Origin: Pseudomonadota bacterium
GTDB lineage: Bacteria > Pseudomonadota > Alphaproteobacteria > UBA828
Reading direction: 5' to 3'
NCBI GenBank assembly: GCA_027624955.1
Contig: JAQBTG010000003.1
Coordinates: forward strand, 23,163 to 87,162
DNA length: 64,000 nt
The notes under the pieces are model-generated. The model saw only the letters and a list, made by a program, of their open reading frames with translations, did not search any database and had not been told where the DNA came from. Positions 29,558-39,703 of the stretch are shown one piece after another. Position 1 is the stretch's first letter, and every line of letters starts with the position of its first letter. The translations under genes and the position numbers were made by a program.

Positions 29558-30535
29558 TCAATCGAGCGGCGGGCGACGGGTGAAATCGTGCTCGGCCTCA
29601 ATCAATCGCAATGTCCCGGTGCGCGAGCGCATGACCACCGAGTATGTGTGCGCGCCGCCGGGGAAACGATGAACCCCTTTCAGCATGGCGCCATCTGTCA
29701 CGCCTGTGGCGGCAAACATGACATCCCCGCCCGCCAACTCGTGTAGCGAATATTTGCGGTTCAGGTCGGTCACGCCCATAGCGCGCGCACGTTTCTTTTC
29801 GTCATTGTTGCGAAACACCAGGCGGGCCATCATTTGCCCGCCGATGCAGCGCAGCGCCGCCGCCGCGAGTACGCCCTCCGGCGCCCCCCCAATGCCGATA
29901 TACATATCGACCGAGCTGTTGAGCCGGGTCGTGGCGATGACGCCGGCGACATCGCCGTCGTGAATAAGTTGAATGCGGGCCCGCGTTTCACGCAACTTGG
30001 CGATCAATTCGCTGTGGCGCGGGCGGTCGAGCACCAGCACCATGAGATCAGAAATTTCGCACTTCTTGGCGTGCGCTAGGCGCGTGAGGTTCTGCACCGG
30101 CGTGTCGTCGATATCGATCAAATCCTCGGGCAGGCCGTCGCCGACAGCGATCTTATCCATGTACACGTCCGGCGCATTGAGAAAGCCGCCTTCTTCGGCC
30201 ATGGCGAGGACGGCCAAAGAATTGGGTCCGCCGGTAGCGCAAATGGTGGTGCCCTCCAGCGGGTCGAGCGCGACATCGACCTTGGGACCGTTCCCCGTGC
30301 CGACCTTCTCGCCGATAAAAAGCATCGGCGCCTCGTCCCGCTCGCCCTCACCAATGACCACCGTGCCGTCGATATCGAGGGCATTGAGGGCGCGTCGCAT
30401 GGCGTCCACAGCCGCCTGATCCGCTGCGACTTCGTCGCCGAGACCGGTCATGTGCGAAGCCGCACGCGCCGCTGATTCGGTGACGCGGACGGCATCCAGC
30501 GCCAAGTTACGGTCTAGAGAAACAGCTTCGGCCAT
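29558..30535 (-). CDS. glpX: Fructose-1,6-bisphosphatase class II
   Basis: 325 aa, GlpX-type sequence throughout. Conserved hom-glpX-recJ order. Confidence 0.9.
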   Translation of the reverse strand: MAEAVSLDRNLALDAVRVTESAARAASHMTGLGDEVAADQAAVDAMRRALNALDIDGTVVIGEGERDEAPMLFIGEKVGTGNGPKVDVALDPLEGTTICATGGPNSLAVLAMAEEGGFLNAPDVYMDKIAVGDGLPEDLIDIDDTPVQNLTRLAHAKKCEISDLMVLVLDRPRHSELIAKLRETRARIQLIHDGDVAGVIATTRLNSSVDMYIGIGGAPEGVLAAAALRCIGGQMMARLVFRNNDEKKRARAMGVTDLNRKYSLHELAGGDVMFAATGVTDGAMLKGVHRFPGGAHTYSVVMRSRTGTLRLIEAEHDFTRRPPLD

Positions 30536-30562
30536 GATTTCCTCTCGGCGCCGGGGTGGCGC

Positions 30563-31873
30563 TTATGATAAATTGACGATACGAATCATGCGCGGCGTCT
30601 CCAACACCGTGTGCAACTCGTCCATGGCGGCGAGAGCGCGCACGAGCGCACCTTCTTCCGCCACATGGGTGGTAAGCACGACCGGAACGGCCTCATCGGG
30701 CCGGCGGCCGTGTTGCAGCAGCGATTCAACTGAAACCTCTTGGTCGCGCAGGCAAGCCGCAATATCGGCGATCACACCGGGCCGGTCCACCACCATGAGA
30801 CGGATATAGTAGCTGCCGACATGGCTCCCGGGCGGCGCCTTCGGCCGCGCCACAAGCGCTGACACCGGAACGCCGAATACCGGCACCACCAAGCCACGCG
30901 AAATATCGGCGAGGTCTGAAATAACGGCGGACGCGGTTGGCCCGGCGCCTGCGCCTGGACCTTCGAACGTTGTTGTGCCAACAAAATCGCCCTCGGTGAC
31001 GACCGCGTTCAACACGCCGTCGACATGCGCGATGGCGGTGTTCTCGGGCACCATGCAGGGATGTACGCTTTGCTCGATACCAGCGTCGCTGGCCCGTGAG
31101 ACCCCTAGCAGCTTGACGCGATAGCCGAGTTCTTCGGCAAAGCGGATGTCGATCGGGTTAATGTGGCGAATGCCCTCGATCTGGACGGCCTCGAAATCCA
31201 CCGGACAGCCGAAAACCAAGCTGGTGAGAAGCGCGAGCTTATGCGCCGCATCGATGCCGTCGACATCCGTTGACGGATCCGCCTCGGCATAGCCCAATTC
31301 CTGTGCTTCCTTGAGGACGGCATCAAAATCGCGTGGCACGCCGGCGCGCACGCCGTCGCGCATTTCAGTTAAAATGTAATTGCAGGTTCCGTTCAAAATG
31401 CCGTAAACGCCGGAAAATTTGTTGGCGATAAGACCTTCCCGAAGCGCTTTGATGATAGGAATGCCGCCTGCAACGGCCGCTTCATAGCCCAAATTCACAG
31501 CGTTCTCCTCGGCCATACCGGCGAGAGAATTACCATGATATGCGAGCAGGGCCTTGTTGGCCGTGACCAGATGTTTGCCGTTCCGTAAGGCCGCCTGTGA
31601 AAGCTCAAGAGCAATGCCGTCGCCCCCGCCCATCAACTCGCACACGACATCGATATCTGGATCGGCCGCAAGATCGAGCGGATTGTCGTACCATTTGAGA
31701 GACGAGATATCGACGGTTCGGTTCTTTTCGCGCTCGCGAGCGCTCACAGCGACTACGTCGAGCCGTCGGCCGAGCCGGCTTTGCAGGAGAGTGTTTTGCT
31801 GGTCGAGCAATTTTAGCACGCCGCCGCCGACAACGCCCAGCCCGGCCAAACCGATACGCACGGCGTCGCTCAT
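30563..31873 (-). CDS. hom: Homoserine dehydrogenase
   Basis: N-terminal Rossmann fold (RIGLAGLGVVGGGV) and a C-terminal ACT domain. 436 aa. Confidence 0.9.
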   Translation of the reverse strand: MSDAVRIGLAGLGVVGGGVLKLLDQQNTLLQSRLGRRLDVVAVSAREREKNRTVDISSLKWYDNPLDLAADPDIDVVCELMGGGDGIALELSQAALRNGKHLVTANKALLAYHGNSLAGMAEENAVNLGYEAAVAGGIPIIKALREGLIANKFSGVYGILNGTCNYILTEMRDGVRAGVPRDFDAVLKEAQELGYAEADPSTDVDGIDAAHKLALLTSLVFGCPVDFEAVQIEGIRHINPIDIRFAEELGYRVKLLGVSRASDAGIEQSVHPCMVPENTAIAHVDGVLNAVVTEGDFVGTTTFEGPGAGAGPTASAVISDLADISRGLVVPVFGVPVSALVARPKAPPGSHVGSYYIRLMVVDRPGVIADIAACLRDQEVSVESLLQHGRRPDEAVPVVLTTHVAEEGALVRALAAMDELHTVLETPRMIRIVNLS

Positions 31874-31958
31874 CGCTGTCCCCGGCGCTCGTTTTTTACA
31901 TTAATTTGATTGTGTAGTTTGTTGATAAATAACAATTAAATATAAGCTCTCTGGGGCG

Positions 31959-33164
31959 CTAAAACTCGATATATATGTCGGCGCGGCGATTTTCCGCTTC
32001 ACCAGCGGGCATGTATTCATAGCTCAGAGGCTCATTGTCGGAGCGCGCGTCGACCATCACCGCTTCGGTCGGCACGCCGAGGCGTGTTAATTCCATCGAT
32101 ACGGCGGTCGCGCGATCCAGTGATATTTGAAAATTCACCAAGCGATGGCTGTCTGAATCCATGTCACGCGTGCGCTGGCTGGAATGGCCGATAACCCGCA
32201 CATGGCCGCCAAATTTCTGGTGTAGCTTGACGACCTGCTTGAGCGCTGCGCGGTCCGCCGAATTGAGAGCGGTGGAACCGGTGGAAAACGGAATACTAGC
32301 AGCCTGAAAAGATATGGAGCCGGCGGAGGTGCCAGCAATTTGGTCGCTGAACGGCGTCTCTGACGACAGTGACGCCGGCATGTTATCTGCACCATCGCTA
32401 GAAAGCGGCCGGTCTGACAATAGGCTGCCTTGGCGAACCTGAGCCGAGACCTGCTGGACATTGGCTTGGCGATAAGGCGAGCTGCCCGAAGAATCAAAGC
32501 GTTCATTGAACAGCGCGCGGAACTGGTTTATCGCCATTACGCCGCTCTCGGTCACCTTAGCGACGCGGGTTTCGCTTGCATCCACGCGGCGCGCCGCTTG
32601 CACGGGTTCAATTTGCCTGACTGTGCTTTCGCTGCTCGTTGCCGTCACGGCGACGTTCTGTTCCGCTGCCTGACGTTCGCGGAAAACCGATTCCGATGCC
32701 GGTTCGATGTCGCTAACCGGCTGCCGCTCGATGAATTCGCCGGGATCCGTTTCCGGTATCGGCAGAGGGTCAGGTTGGCGAACTGGCTCGACCGCGGTGG
32801 CTACTGAGGCGACCTGCGGCTCATCGACATCAGGGCCATCGTCCGCGTAGCGGCTGCGCAATGTTTCGTTGGTGTAGCGCGCCTCATCTCGATCGGCCAC
32901 CAGGCCTTCGCTGAGTTGGTCCAAATCCTCTGGACTTGATGCCGGTCTTGGCGTATCAGGCACTTCGCTCAACTTCGGAAAGTCTTGATCTCCGCCGTCT
33001 TGCGACAAGGCGCGGTCGTTTACTTCGTCATCTTCGAAAAATCCGCCGGCATCATCTAAGATGGCCGAACAGGCCACTGCGCCCGTCAACACGAGCGCGA
33101 GCACCGCAGGGGCTAGGTAGCGGGCGGAAATACGATGTTTGATCCAGCTACTCGACATTTGCAC
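31959..33164 (-). CDS. OmpA-family (peptidoglycan-binding) protein with an acidic low-complexity N-terminal region
   Basis: C-terminal OmpA-like domain (...NRRADIYIEF). Signal/TM at the N-terminus, then a long Asp/Glu/Ser-rich linker. Confidence 0.65.
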   Translation of the reverse strand: MQMSSSWIKHRISARYLAPAVLALVLTGAVACSAILDDAGGFFEDDEVNDRALSQDGGDQDFPKLSEVPDTPRPASSPEDLDQLSEGLVADRDEARYTNETLRSRYADDGPDVDEPQVASVATAVEPVRQPDPLPIPETDPGEFIERQPVSDIEPASESVFRERQAAEQNVAVTATSSESTVRQIEPVQAARRVDASETRVAKVTESGVMAINQFRALFNERFDSSGSSPYRQANVQQVSAQVRQGSLLSDRPLSSDGADNMPASLSSETPFSDQIAGTSAGSISFQAASIPFSTGSTALNSADRAALKQVVKLHQKFGGHVRVIGHSSQRTRDMDSDSHRLVNFQISLDRATAVSMELTRLGVPTEAVMVDARSDNEPLSYEYMPAGEAENRRADIYIEF

Positions 33165-33294
33165 TCGCGATTTTTCGGCGCCTCGATTTGGCTGTATTAT
33201 TGAGCGGAAGAAACATTGTTACTAGCATAGATCAACCACATATCAACGCTTTTTGGCCCCCTTGCGGGGACTACAATTGGCTGCGGAGAGATTA

Positions 33295-35097
33295 ATGATG
33301 GACCAAAATGAGACGATGAGCGGCGCTGAGGAGACTTTGGCCAAGGCCAATGAATTCGCGCGTATGGCGGCGCAAAGCCAGCGTATCGTGGCTAATTTCA
33401 TCGCGCGCCAACAATCTGTAGGCGTTCTCAAGTCTCAGGGTCCGTTCGATGTCGGGCAGGCTTTCACCGACATGACGCAACAGATGCTGTCCGATCCAGC
33501 CCGTCTGGTGCAGGCACAATTGGGCCTGTTTGAAGGCTATATGAAGCTCTGGCAGCATACTGCGACCCGCATGATGGGTGGCGAAGTGGGCGAACCCGTC
33601 GTCGTGCCCGCATCCGACGATCGCCGCTTCCGCGCCGCCGACTGGAGCGAAAACCCCTTTTACGACTTCATCAAGCAATCTTATTTGCTGACGTCGAACT
33701 GGTTCCTGTCGACGGTACAAGAAAACTCCGGCGATTTGGATGAGAAGAGCGCGCAAAAACTGGCTTTCTACACGCGCCAATTCGTCGACGCCGTGTCTCC
33801 GACCAATTTCGCTATGAGCAATCCGACGGTGCTTCGCGAGACGCTCGATAGTGGCGGCGAGAATTTGGTCCGTGGTCTCGCCAACATGCTCGACGATCTC
33901 GAGCGCGGCGGCGGCAATCTCGCGATCCGCATGACCGACGAAGACGCATACGAAGTTGGCGGAAACCTCGCGTTGACGCCGGGAAAGGTCGTCTTTCAAA
34001 ACGATCTCATGCAATTGATCCAGTATGCCCCGGCCGGCGATAGCGTATATGCCCGCCCGCTTCTCGTCATCGCGCCCTGGATCAACAAATTCTACATCCT
34101 CGACTTGAAACCGGAGAACTCCTTCATCGGCTGGGCCGTGGCGCAGGGCTACACCGTGTTCGTTATATCTTGGGTCAACCCGGACGAACGCCTGTCGCAC
34201 AAGGGCTTCGAGGATTATATGCGGGAGGGCCCGCTGGCAGCGCTCGACGCCATCGAACAGGCTTGCGGCGAAAAACAGGTGGCGGCGGTCGGCTATTGCC
34301 TCGGCGGGACTCTCTTGTCGGCGACGCTCGCCTATATGGCGGCGCAGGATGACAAGCGGATTACCAGCGCGACTTTCTTCGCCACCCTGGTAGATTTCGA
34401 GGAGCCCGGCGAACTCGGCGTCTTCATCGACGAGGAGCAGCTCGCCAGCCTGGAAAAGATGATGAGCGAAAAGGGCTATCTAGATGGCCGTGAGATGGCG
34501 ACCACTTTTAACTTGTTGCGCGCCAACGACCTCATCTGGTCGTTCGTGATCAACAATTACTTGATGGGCAAGGAGCCCTTCCCCTTCGACCTGCTCTTTT
34601 GGAACTCAGATTCCACCCGCATGCCGGCGGAGATGCACAGTTTCTATCTACGCAAAATGTATCAGGAAAACGCCCTAGCCCGGCCAGGCGGCATCGAACT
34701 CGGCGGCGTGCCGATTGATCTCGGCAAGATCGACCTGCCGGTCTATGTTCTGGCCGCGCATGAGGACCATATAGCGCCGTGGCAGTCTTGCTTTAAGGCG
34801 ACCGGCCTGTACTCGGGAAAAACTCGTTTTGTGCTCGGCCAGTCGGGCCATATCGCCGGCGTTGTTAATCCGCCTGACGCTGGAAAGTACGGTTTCTGGA
34901 CGGGAGAGTTGAATGCCGGAGAAAGCGCCGAGGATTGGCTCACCGGCGCGGCGCGGCAAGAAGGTTCGTGGTGGCGCGATTGGCACGCTTGGCAGTCCCG
35001 GCGAGCCGGCAAGAAAGTTGCGGCGCGCGAACCGGGCGCCGGCAAGCTTGAGATCATCGAGGACGCGCCCGGCAGCTACGTCAAGGTAAGGACTTAA
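33295..35097 (+). CDS. phaC: Class I poly(3-hydroxyalkanoate) synthase
   Basis: Lipase-box G-Y-C-L-G-G and an alpha/beta-hydrolase core. Start at the ATG with a GGAGAG RBS (MMDQNE...). Confidence 0.9.
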   Translation: MMDQNETMSGAEETLAKANEFARMAAQSQRIVANFIARQQSVGVLKSQGPFDVGQAFTDMTQQMLSDPARLVQAQLGLFEGYMKLWQHTATRMMGGEVGEPVVVPASDDRRFRAADWSENPFYDFIKQSYLLTSNWFLSTVQENSGDLDEKSAQKLAFYTRQFVDAVSPTNFAMSNPTVLRETLDSGGENLVRGLANMLDDLERGGGNLAIRMTDEDAYEVGGNLALTPGKVVFQNDLMQLIQYAPAGDSVYARPLLVIAPWINKFYILDLKPENSFIGWAVAQGYTVFVISWVNPDERLSHKGFEDYMREGPLAALDAIEQACGEKQVAAVGYCLGGTLLSATLAYMAAQDDKRITSATFFATLVDFEEPGELGVFIDEEQLASLEKMMSEKGYLDGREMATTFNLLRANDLIWSFVINNYLMGKEPFPFDLLFWNSDSTRMPAEMHSFYLRKMYQENALARPGGIELGGVPIDLGKIDLPVYVLAAHEDHIAPWQSCFKATGLYSGKTRFVLGQSGHIAGVVNPPDAGKYGFWTGELNAGESAEDWLTGAARQEGSWWRDWHAWQSRRAGKKVAAREPGAGKLEIIEDAPGSYVKVRT

Positions 35098-35629
35098 TCT
35101 CCGGCATCTCGCTATATTCCCTGGCGCGGGCGGCATAGGCGGCGGCAACGCGTTCGATCTCTTCGCGCTCTGCGTTGCTCACCGGGCGCACGAATCTGGC
35201 CGGACTGCCCATCCACAATTCTCCGCTCTTGACCCGCTTGTTGGGCGGCACCAACGCGCCCGCCGCGACCCAGGCGCCGGTTTCGACTACCGAATAATCC
35301 ATCACCACCGCGCCCATGCCGACCATGCAGGCGTCTTCCAAAATGCAGGCATGCAGTAGGCAGTGATGGCCGACAACGACGTCCTCGCCGATCAGTGTCG
35401 GGCCATCGCGCGTCGCAGTGTGAATGACCGTGCCGTCTTGAATGTTCGAGCGCGCGCCGATGCGGACATAATTGACGTCGCCGCGAATCACCCCACCGAA
35501 CCACAGGCTAGAATCCTGCGCCATCTCAACATCACCGATGACGCTTGCGCCCGGCGCCACGAACGCCCCGGGCGCAAGGCGCGGCAGGACATTGCGGAAC
35601 GGCAGGATATAAGCGCCTTGGATGCCCAT
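35081..35629 (-). CDS. Gamma-carbonic-anhydrase-family hexapeptide-repeat protein
   Basis: Left-handed beta-helix repeats with gamma-CA-like His ligands. Start at the internal ATG 5 nt after the argC stop. The longer track ORF runs through argC's 3' end. Confidence 0.8.
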   Translation of the reverse strand: MGIQGAYILPFRNVLPRLAPGAFVAPGASVIGDVEMAQDSSLWFGGVIRGDVNYVRIGARSNIQDGTVIHTATRDGPTLIGEDVVVGHHCLLHACILEDACMVGMGAVVMDYSVVETGAWVAAGALVPPNKRVKSGELWMGSPARFVRPVSNAEREEIERVAAAYAARAREYSEMPEIKSLP

Positions 35630-35634
35630 GGTGC

Positions 35635-36699
35635 CTAAGGGAACAACGACAATTGTTTGAGCCCTGTCGTCTCCGGCAGGCCGCACATCAAATTCATGTT
35701 TTGCAGCGCTTGGCCCGAGGCACCTTTCACCAGATTGTCGATCGCCGTCACGATGATGATGCGGCCCGCCAAGCGGTCGGCAAAGACACCAATCAAGCAA
35801 TGGTTGGAGCCGCGCACATGACGCGTTGCCGGCGACACCCCTTCCGGCACCAGATGGACGAATGGCTCATCCGCGTAACGCTCCGCCAGGATGGCGCGGA
35901 CCTCATCGAGTGTCGCGCCGGCGGCGAGCCGGACGTAGATGGTGGCCAAAATTCCGCGATTCATCGGCATCAGGTGCGGCGTGAAGCTGACGCTAACTGG
36001 CGCCCCGGCGGCTTCCGATAATCCTTGCTCTATTTCCGGTGCGTGGCGGTGCTTGGCCACGCTGTAGGCGTGCACCCCCTCGCCCACTTCGGAATAAAGT
36101 GTGTCCTGCCTGGGTTCGCGGCCGGCGCCGCTGACACCCGATTTGGCATCGATGATAATGTCCTCGACCGCGATCCGTCCGGCCATCAGCAGCGGTGCCA
36201 GGGCGAGCTGCGGGCCGGTCGGATAGCAGCCCGGATTGGCGACCAGCCGGGCGCTGGAAACAGCATCTCGTTTCAATTCCGTGAGTCCGTAGACCGCTTC
36301 TTGCTGTAACTCGATAGCGCGATGTTCATGGCCGTACCACGCGGCATAAAGCGCCGGATCGGCCAGCCGGAAATCCGCCGACAGATCCACGATTTTCAAA
36401 TGCTGCGGCAGCCCAGCAATGACTTCCTGCGTGGTGCCGTGCGGCAGACAGCAAAATACCGCATCGAGAGCGGAGTAATCGAAGGCATCAATAGTGATCA
36501 AATCTGGCGCCCGCATTGCAGCTAGATGCGGGAACACTTCCGCGAGACTTCGTCCAGCGCGGCGCTCGGCGGAAAGCATTGCCACGTCCATGCCATCATG
36601 CCCAGCCAACAGGCGCAGCAACTCACCGCCGGTGTAACCGCTGGCGCCAAGAATTCCGATGCGTATTTTTTTATCGCCGTTTGTGTTCATACCCGTCAC
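35635..36699 (-). CDS. argC: N-acetyl-gamma-glutamyl-phosphate reductase
   Basis: 354 aa, KIRIGILGASGYTGGELLRLL N-terminus and catalytic Cys region (GCYPTG). Confidence 0.9.
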   Translation of the reverse strand: MTGMNTNGDKKIRIGILGASGYTGGELLRLLAGHDGMDVAMLSAERRAGRSLAEVFPHLAAMRAPDLITIDAFDYSALDAVFCCLPHGTTQEVIAGLPQHLKIVDLSADFRLADPALYAAWYGHEHRAIELQQEAVYGLTELKRDAVSSARLVANPGCYPTGPQLALAPLLMAGRIAVEDIIIDAKSGVSGAGREPRQDTLYSEVGEGVHAYSVAKHRHAPEIEQGLSEAAGAPVSVSFTPHLMPMNRGILATIYVRLAAGATLDEVRAILAERYADEPFVHLVPEGVSPATRHVRGSNHCLIGVFADRLAGRIIIVTAIDNLVKGASGQALQNMNLMCGLPETTGLKQLSLFP

Positions 36700-36707
36700 G
36701 TTGAATC

Positions 36708-36974
36708 TTACCGACGTTTGACGATATCGCCCTTTTCGTTGACCCGTCCAGCGATACGCGCCGCGCTGCCGTCGCCTAGGCGATATTCCGGTAGTTCACC
36801 CGTAACCGCACAGCCCGCGCCGACCATTGCGGAGCGCCCAACGCCGATGCCGCAAACGATGGGCGCGTTGGCGGTGATCGTAGCGCCGATGCCGCCGCTG
36901 ATCTGAACATCATTCGCGATGAAGAAATTAACATCGAGATTTTCGGATCGGGTGTCTGATAGGGGATAAATCAA
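36708..36974 (-). pseudogene. Isolated C-terminal fragment of a hexapeptide-repeat acyl/acetyltransferase, probably a gene remnant
   Basis: 88 aa carrying only the last LbH turns and a C-terminal tail (GAGCAVTGELPEYRLGDGSAARIAGRV). Too short for a functional trimeric LbH enzyme. Sits between rpsI and argC. Confidence 0.35.
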
Positions 36975-37049
36975 GCTGGCCTCCCCGCCAAAAGTCTCCC
37001 GCCCCGCTAATGCGTGGCCGTCACCGGGCAGCAGCTATCCCCAAATTCC

Positions 37050-37538
37050 CTAGCGCTTGGAGAACTGGAAGCTTCGTCGTGCTTTGGCTCTGCCGTATTT
37101 CTTTCGCTCGACCACGCGGCTGTCGCGGGTGAGAAAGCCGCCCGATTTCAACACTTTTCTGAGATCCGGCTCACGCGCTACGAGGCAGCGTGACAGGCCG
37201 TGGCGCACTGCACCGGCTTGCCCGGAAAGGCCGCCGCCGCCCACTGTACAGATAATATCGTACTGATCGCGCCGGTTGGTGGCATCAAACGGCTGATTGA
37301 TAATCATGCGCAGCGCCGGGCGGGCAAAATAGACCTCTACTTGGCGTTTGTTGACGGTGATCTGGCCGGTGCCTGGTTTGATCCATACCCGGGCCACGGC
37401 ATTTTTGCGCTTGCCGGTGGAGTAAGTGCGGCCTTGCGGGTCGATTGACGGTTCCGGCGCGCTGACGTCCACAATCGCTTCCGCGACTTGGCTCAGTTCG
37501 GCCAAGCTGTCGAGTGTGCGGGTTTCTTCCTCAGCCAC
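37050..37538 (-). CDS. rpsI: 30S ribosomal protein S9
   Basis: 162 aa ending ...RRSFQFSKR. Overlaps rplM by 8 nt. Confidence 0.95.
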   Translation of the reverse strand: MAEEETRTLDSLAELSQVAEAIVDVSAPEPSIDPQGRTYSTGKRKNAVARVWIKPGTGQITVNKRQVEVYFARPALRMIINQPFDATNRRDQYDIICTVGGGGLSGQAGAVRHGLSRCLVAREPDLRKVLKSGGFLTRDSRVVERKKYGRAKARRSFQFSKR

Positions 37539-38004
37539 GGATCGCGCTCCTCTTATTTTTCGGGTTCATGGCGCCGACATCGATAATTTCAGGTTGCTGC
37601 GCCTCATGGGGATGCTCAGAACCGGCATAGACCTTAAGATTGCTGATCTGCTTGCGGCCAAGTGGTCCCTTCGGAACCATGCGCTGAATCGCCAGCGACA
37701 CCACGGCTTCCGGGTTTGGTCCGGCAAAAATGCTAGCCGGCGTGCGGCTGCGAATACCGCCGGGATAGCCAGTATGGCGGTAATAGATCTTGTCCTGGAG
37801 CTTGTTCCCAGTGAGCTTAACTTTTTCCGCATTGATCACGATGACATTGTCGCCGCAATCCATGTTCGGGGTATAGGTCGGCTTATGTTTGCCCCTGAGA
37901 CGCGTGGCGGCGATGACCGCGAGACGCCCGAGGACAACGTCCTCGGCATCAATCAACAGCCATTTCTTGACGATATCCTTGGGAGTGGCCGAGTATGTTT
38001 TCAT
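37531..38004 (-). CDS. rplM: 50S ribosomal protein L13
   Basis: [29 protein letters not shown] is the canonical L13 N-terminus. Confidence 0.95.
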   Translation of the reverse strand: MKTYSATPKDIVKKWLLIDAEDVVLGRLAVIAATRLRGKHKPTYTPNMDCGDNVIVINAEKVKLTGNKLQDKIYYRHTGYPGGIRSRTPASIFAGPNPEAVVSLAIQRMVPKGPLGRKQISNLKVYAGSEHPHEAQQPEIIDVGAMNPKNKRSAIRG

Positions 38005-38242
38005 GACATGCATTGCCTGTGTAAACGAATTGTCACTGTCGCTACGACGATTGAAAGAAGCTAGCTAGACGCTTCAAACAGGCGGCAGTATGCCATGGAA
38101 AATCAGGTGGTCAACTTGAAAGAGCGTTTTATTTCATTTATTTAAGTAGTGGTATCAGAGTAGTGCGTTGATATATCTCAGGTGGCTGGCGACTTACCTG
38201 CCGTGCGTTATATATTGCGATAACAATCCGGGAAAATAGGCC

Positions 38243-39070
38243 ATGTCGATAAGCGCTCAGAAGCAACAACAGGAAGATATGCCTCTTCTACGCAGCGATG
38301 CCGACGGTGTGGTCAAGCTAACCCTCAACCGGCCTCAGGCGCGCAACAGCTTGTCGACCGGCTTGATGGCGGCGCTGCAGGCGGAATTGGATGAAATCCG
38401 CGTGGACGCTGATGTGCGTGTCGTCGTCATCGCCGCTGCGGGCGATATATTTTGCGCTGGGCATGATCTTAAAGAAATCCGCGCCAATCCCGACCGTGAG
38501 GCCTATCAGGCGCTGTTCAACCAATGCGCAATATTGATGACCAGTATCGTCAAGCTGCCACAGCCGGTGATCGCGCGAGTTCAGGGCATGGCGACAGCGG
38601 CGGGCTGCCAGCTGGTGGCGAGTTGCGACTTGGCGGTCGCTGGCATGAGCGCACACTTTTGTACGCCGGGCGTCCATATAGGCCTGTTCTGTTCGACTCC
38701 GATGGTGGCGCTGAGCCGCAATGTCTCACGCAAAGCCGCGATGGAAATGTTGCTGACCGGCGAAGCTATCGATTCCCAAGCGGCGGAAAAATGGGGTTTG
38801 ATAAATCATGCGGTTGCCGATGCGGAGCTCGACCAGGTGGTCGATGATTTGTGCGCTAAGGTCGCCGGTATGTCCCCCCTCACTGTCTCGACCGGTAAAC
38901 AAGCGTTTTACCGCCAGCTCGAAATGGAGCTGGAGGAAGCCTACGACTATGCCAGCCAGGTGATGACGGAAAATATGATGGCCAAGGATGCCGAAGAAGG
39001 CATTGATGCGTTTCTGCAAAAGCGCGCGCCGATCTGGAGCGGCAAACGCGATATGGATCGGCGTGGTTAG
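38243..39070 (+). CDS. Enoyl-CoA hydratase/isomerase (crotonase) family protein
   Basis: 275 aa with crotonase motifs (LTLNRPQARNSL...IFCAGHDLKE). Confidence 0.8.
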   Translation: MSISAQKQQQEDMPLLRSDADGVVKLTLNRPQARNSLSTGLMAALQAELDEIRVDADVRVVVIAAAGDIFCAGHDLKEIRANPDREAYQALFNQCAILMTSIVKLPQPVIARVQGMATAAGCQLVASCDLAVAGMSAHFCTPGVHIGLFCSTPMVALSRNVSRKAAMEMLLTGEAIDSQAAEKWGLINHAVADAELDQVVDDLCAKVAGMSPLTVSTGKQAFYRQLEMELEEAYDYASQVMTENMMAKDAEEGIDAFLQKRAPIWSGKRDMDRRG

Positions 39071-39151
39071 TTGGTTCAGAATAAACGCCGCCCCGGTTGC
39101 AGCTTTCCCACTCATTCCCGACAATAAATCTTAAGTTCGAAGGGTCCGCAA

Positions 39152-39703
39152 ATGGTAGATGTTGCCATTAAATCGTCCGATGGGCATCCGCTCGCCTATC
39201 TGCCGCACCACGATTACTATTCCGATGAACTGCTGCGCGGCATTCTCAGCAAAATCCGCACATTTGCGATGGTCGGCGCCAGCGGCGACTGGAAGCGACC
39301 CAGTTTTTACGCCATGAAATATTTGTTGAAAAAAGGCTACCGGGTCATACCGGTTAACCCAACACGCGCCGGCGATGAGATCCTCGGCGAGAAAGTTTAT
39401 CGCAGCCTTGCGGAGATTCCCGGCAATCTCGATATGGTCGATATCTTCCGCGCCTCGGAGGATGCTTATGACATTGCCAAGGAGGTCATCGCGAGCAGAG
39501 AAGATAAGAGTATTAGCGTGCTGTGGATGCAGCTCACGGTCCGCAACGACAAGGCGGCTGAACTGGCGGAGGCCGCTGGTTTGACCGTAATCATGAACCG
39601 CTGTCCGAAGATTGAATTTGCTCGTCTCTCCGGCGAATTGGGCTGGAGCGGCATCAATACCAAAATTATAACATCCAAGAGCTTGAGGCCGCCAAGAGCA
39701 TGA
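39152..39703 (+). CDS. CoA-binding domain protein (YccU-like)
   Basis: 183 aa with a Rossmann-like CoA-binding region (IRTFAMVGASGDWKRPSFY...VIPVNP). 4-nt overlap with metY. Confidence 0.7.
   Translation: MVDVAIKSSDGHPLAYLPHHDYYSDELLRGILSKIRTFAMVGASGDWKRPSFYAMKYLLKKGYRVIPVNPTRAGDEILGEKVYRSLAEIPGNLDMVDIFRASEDAYDIAKEVIASREDKSISVLWMQLTVRNDKAAELAEAAGLTVIMNRCPKIEFARLSGELGWSGINTKIITSKSLRPPRA

Noticed and set aside
33292-34200. 302-aa minus-strand ORF inside phaC
   Set aside because: Antisense to a strongly supported PHA synthase and Arg-rich with no motifs. Typical high-GC shadow ORF. The same judgement applies to 41732..42529 (antisense to ispH), 57543..58406 (antisense to mfd), 46294..47226 (antisense across the shc/dxs junction), 20198..20740, 22227..22859, 10358..10838 and 19257..19796.
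35630-35800. Extended 239-aa form of the gamma-CA ORF
   Set aside because: The upstream 57 codons run antisense through the 3' end of argC. The gamma-CA family start (MGIQGAYILPF...) is at 35629, 5 nt after the argC stop.
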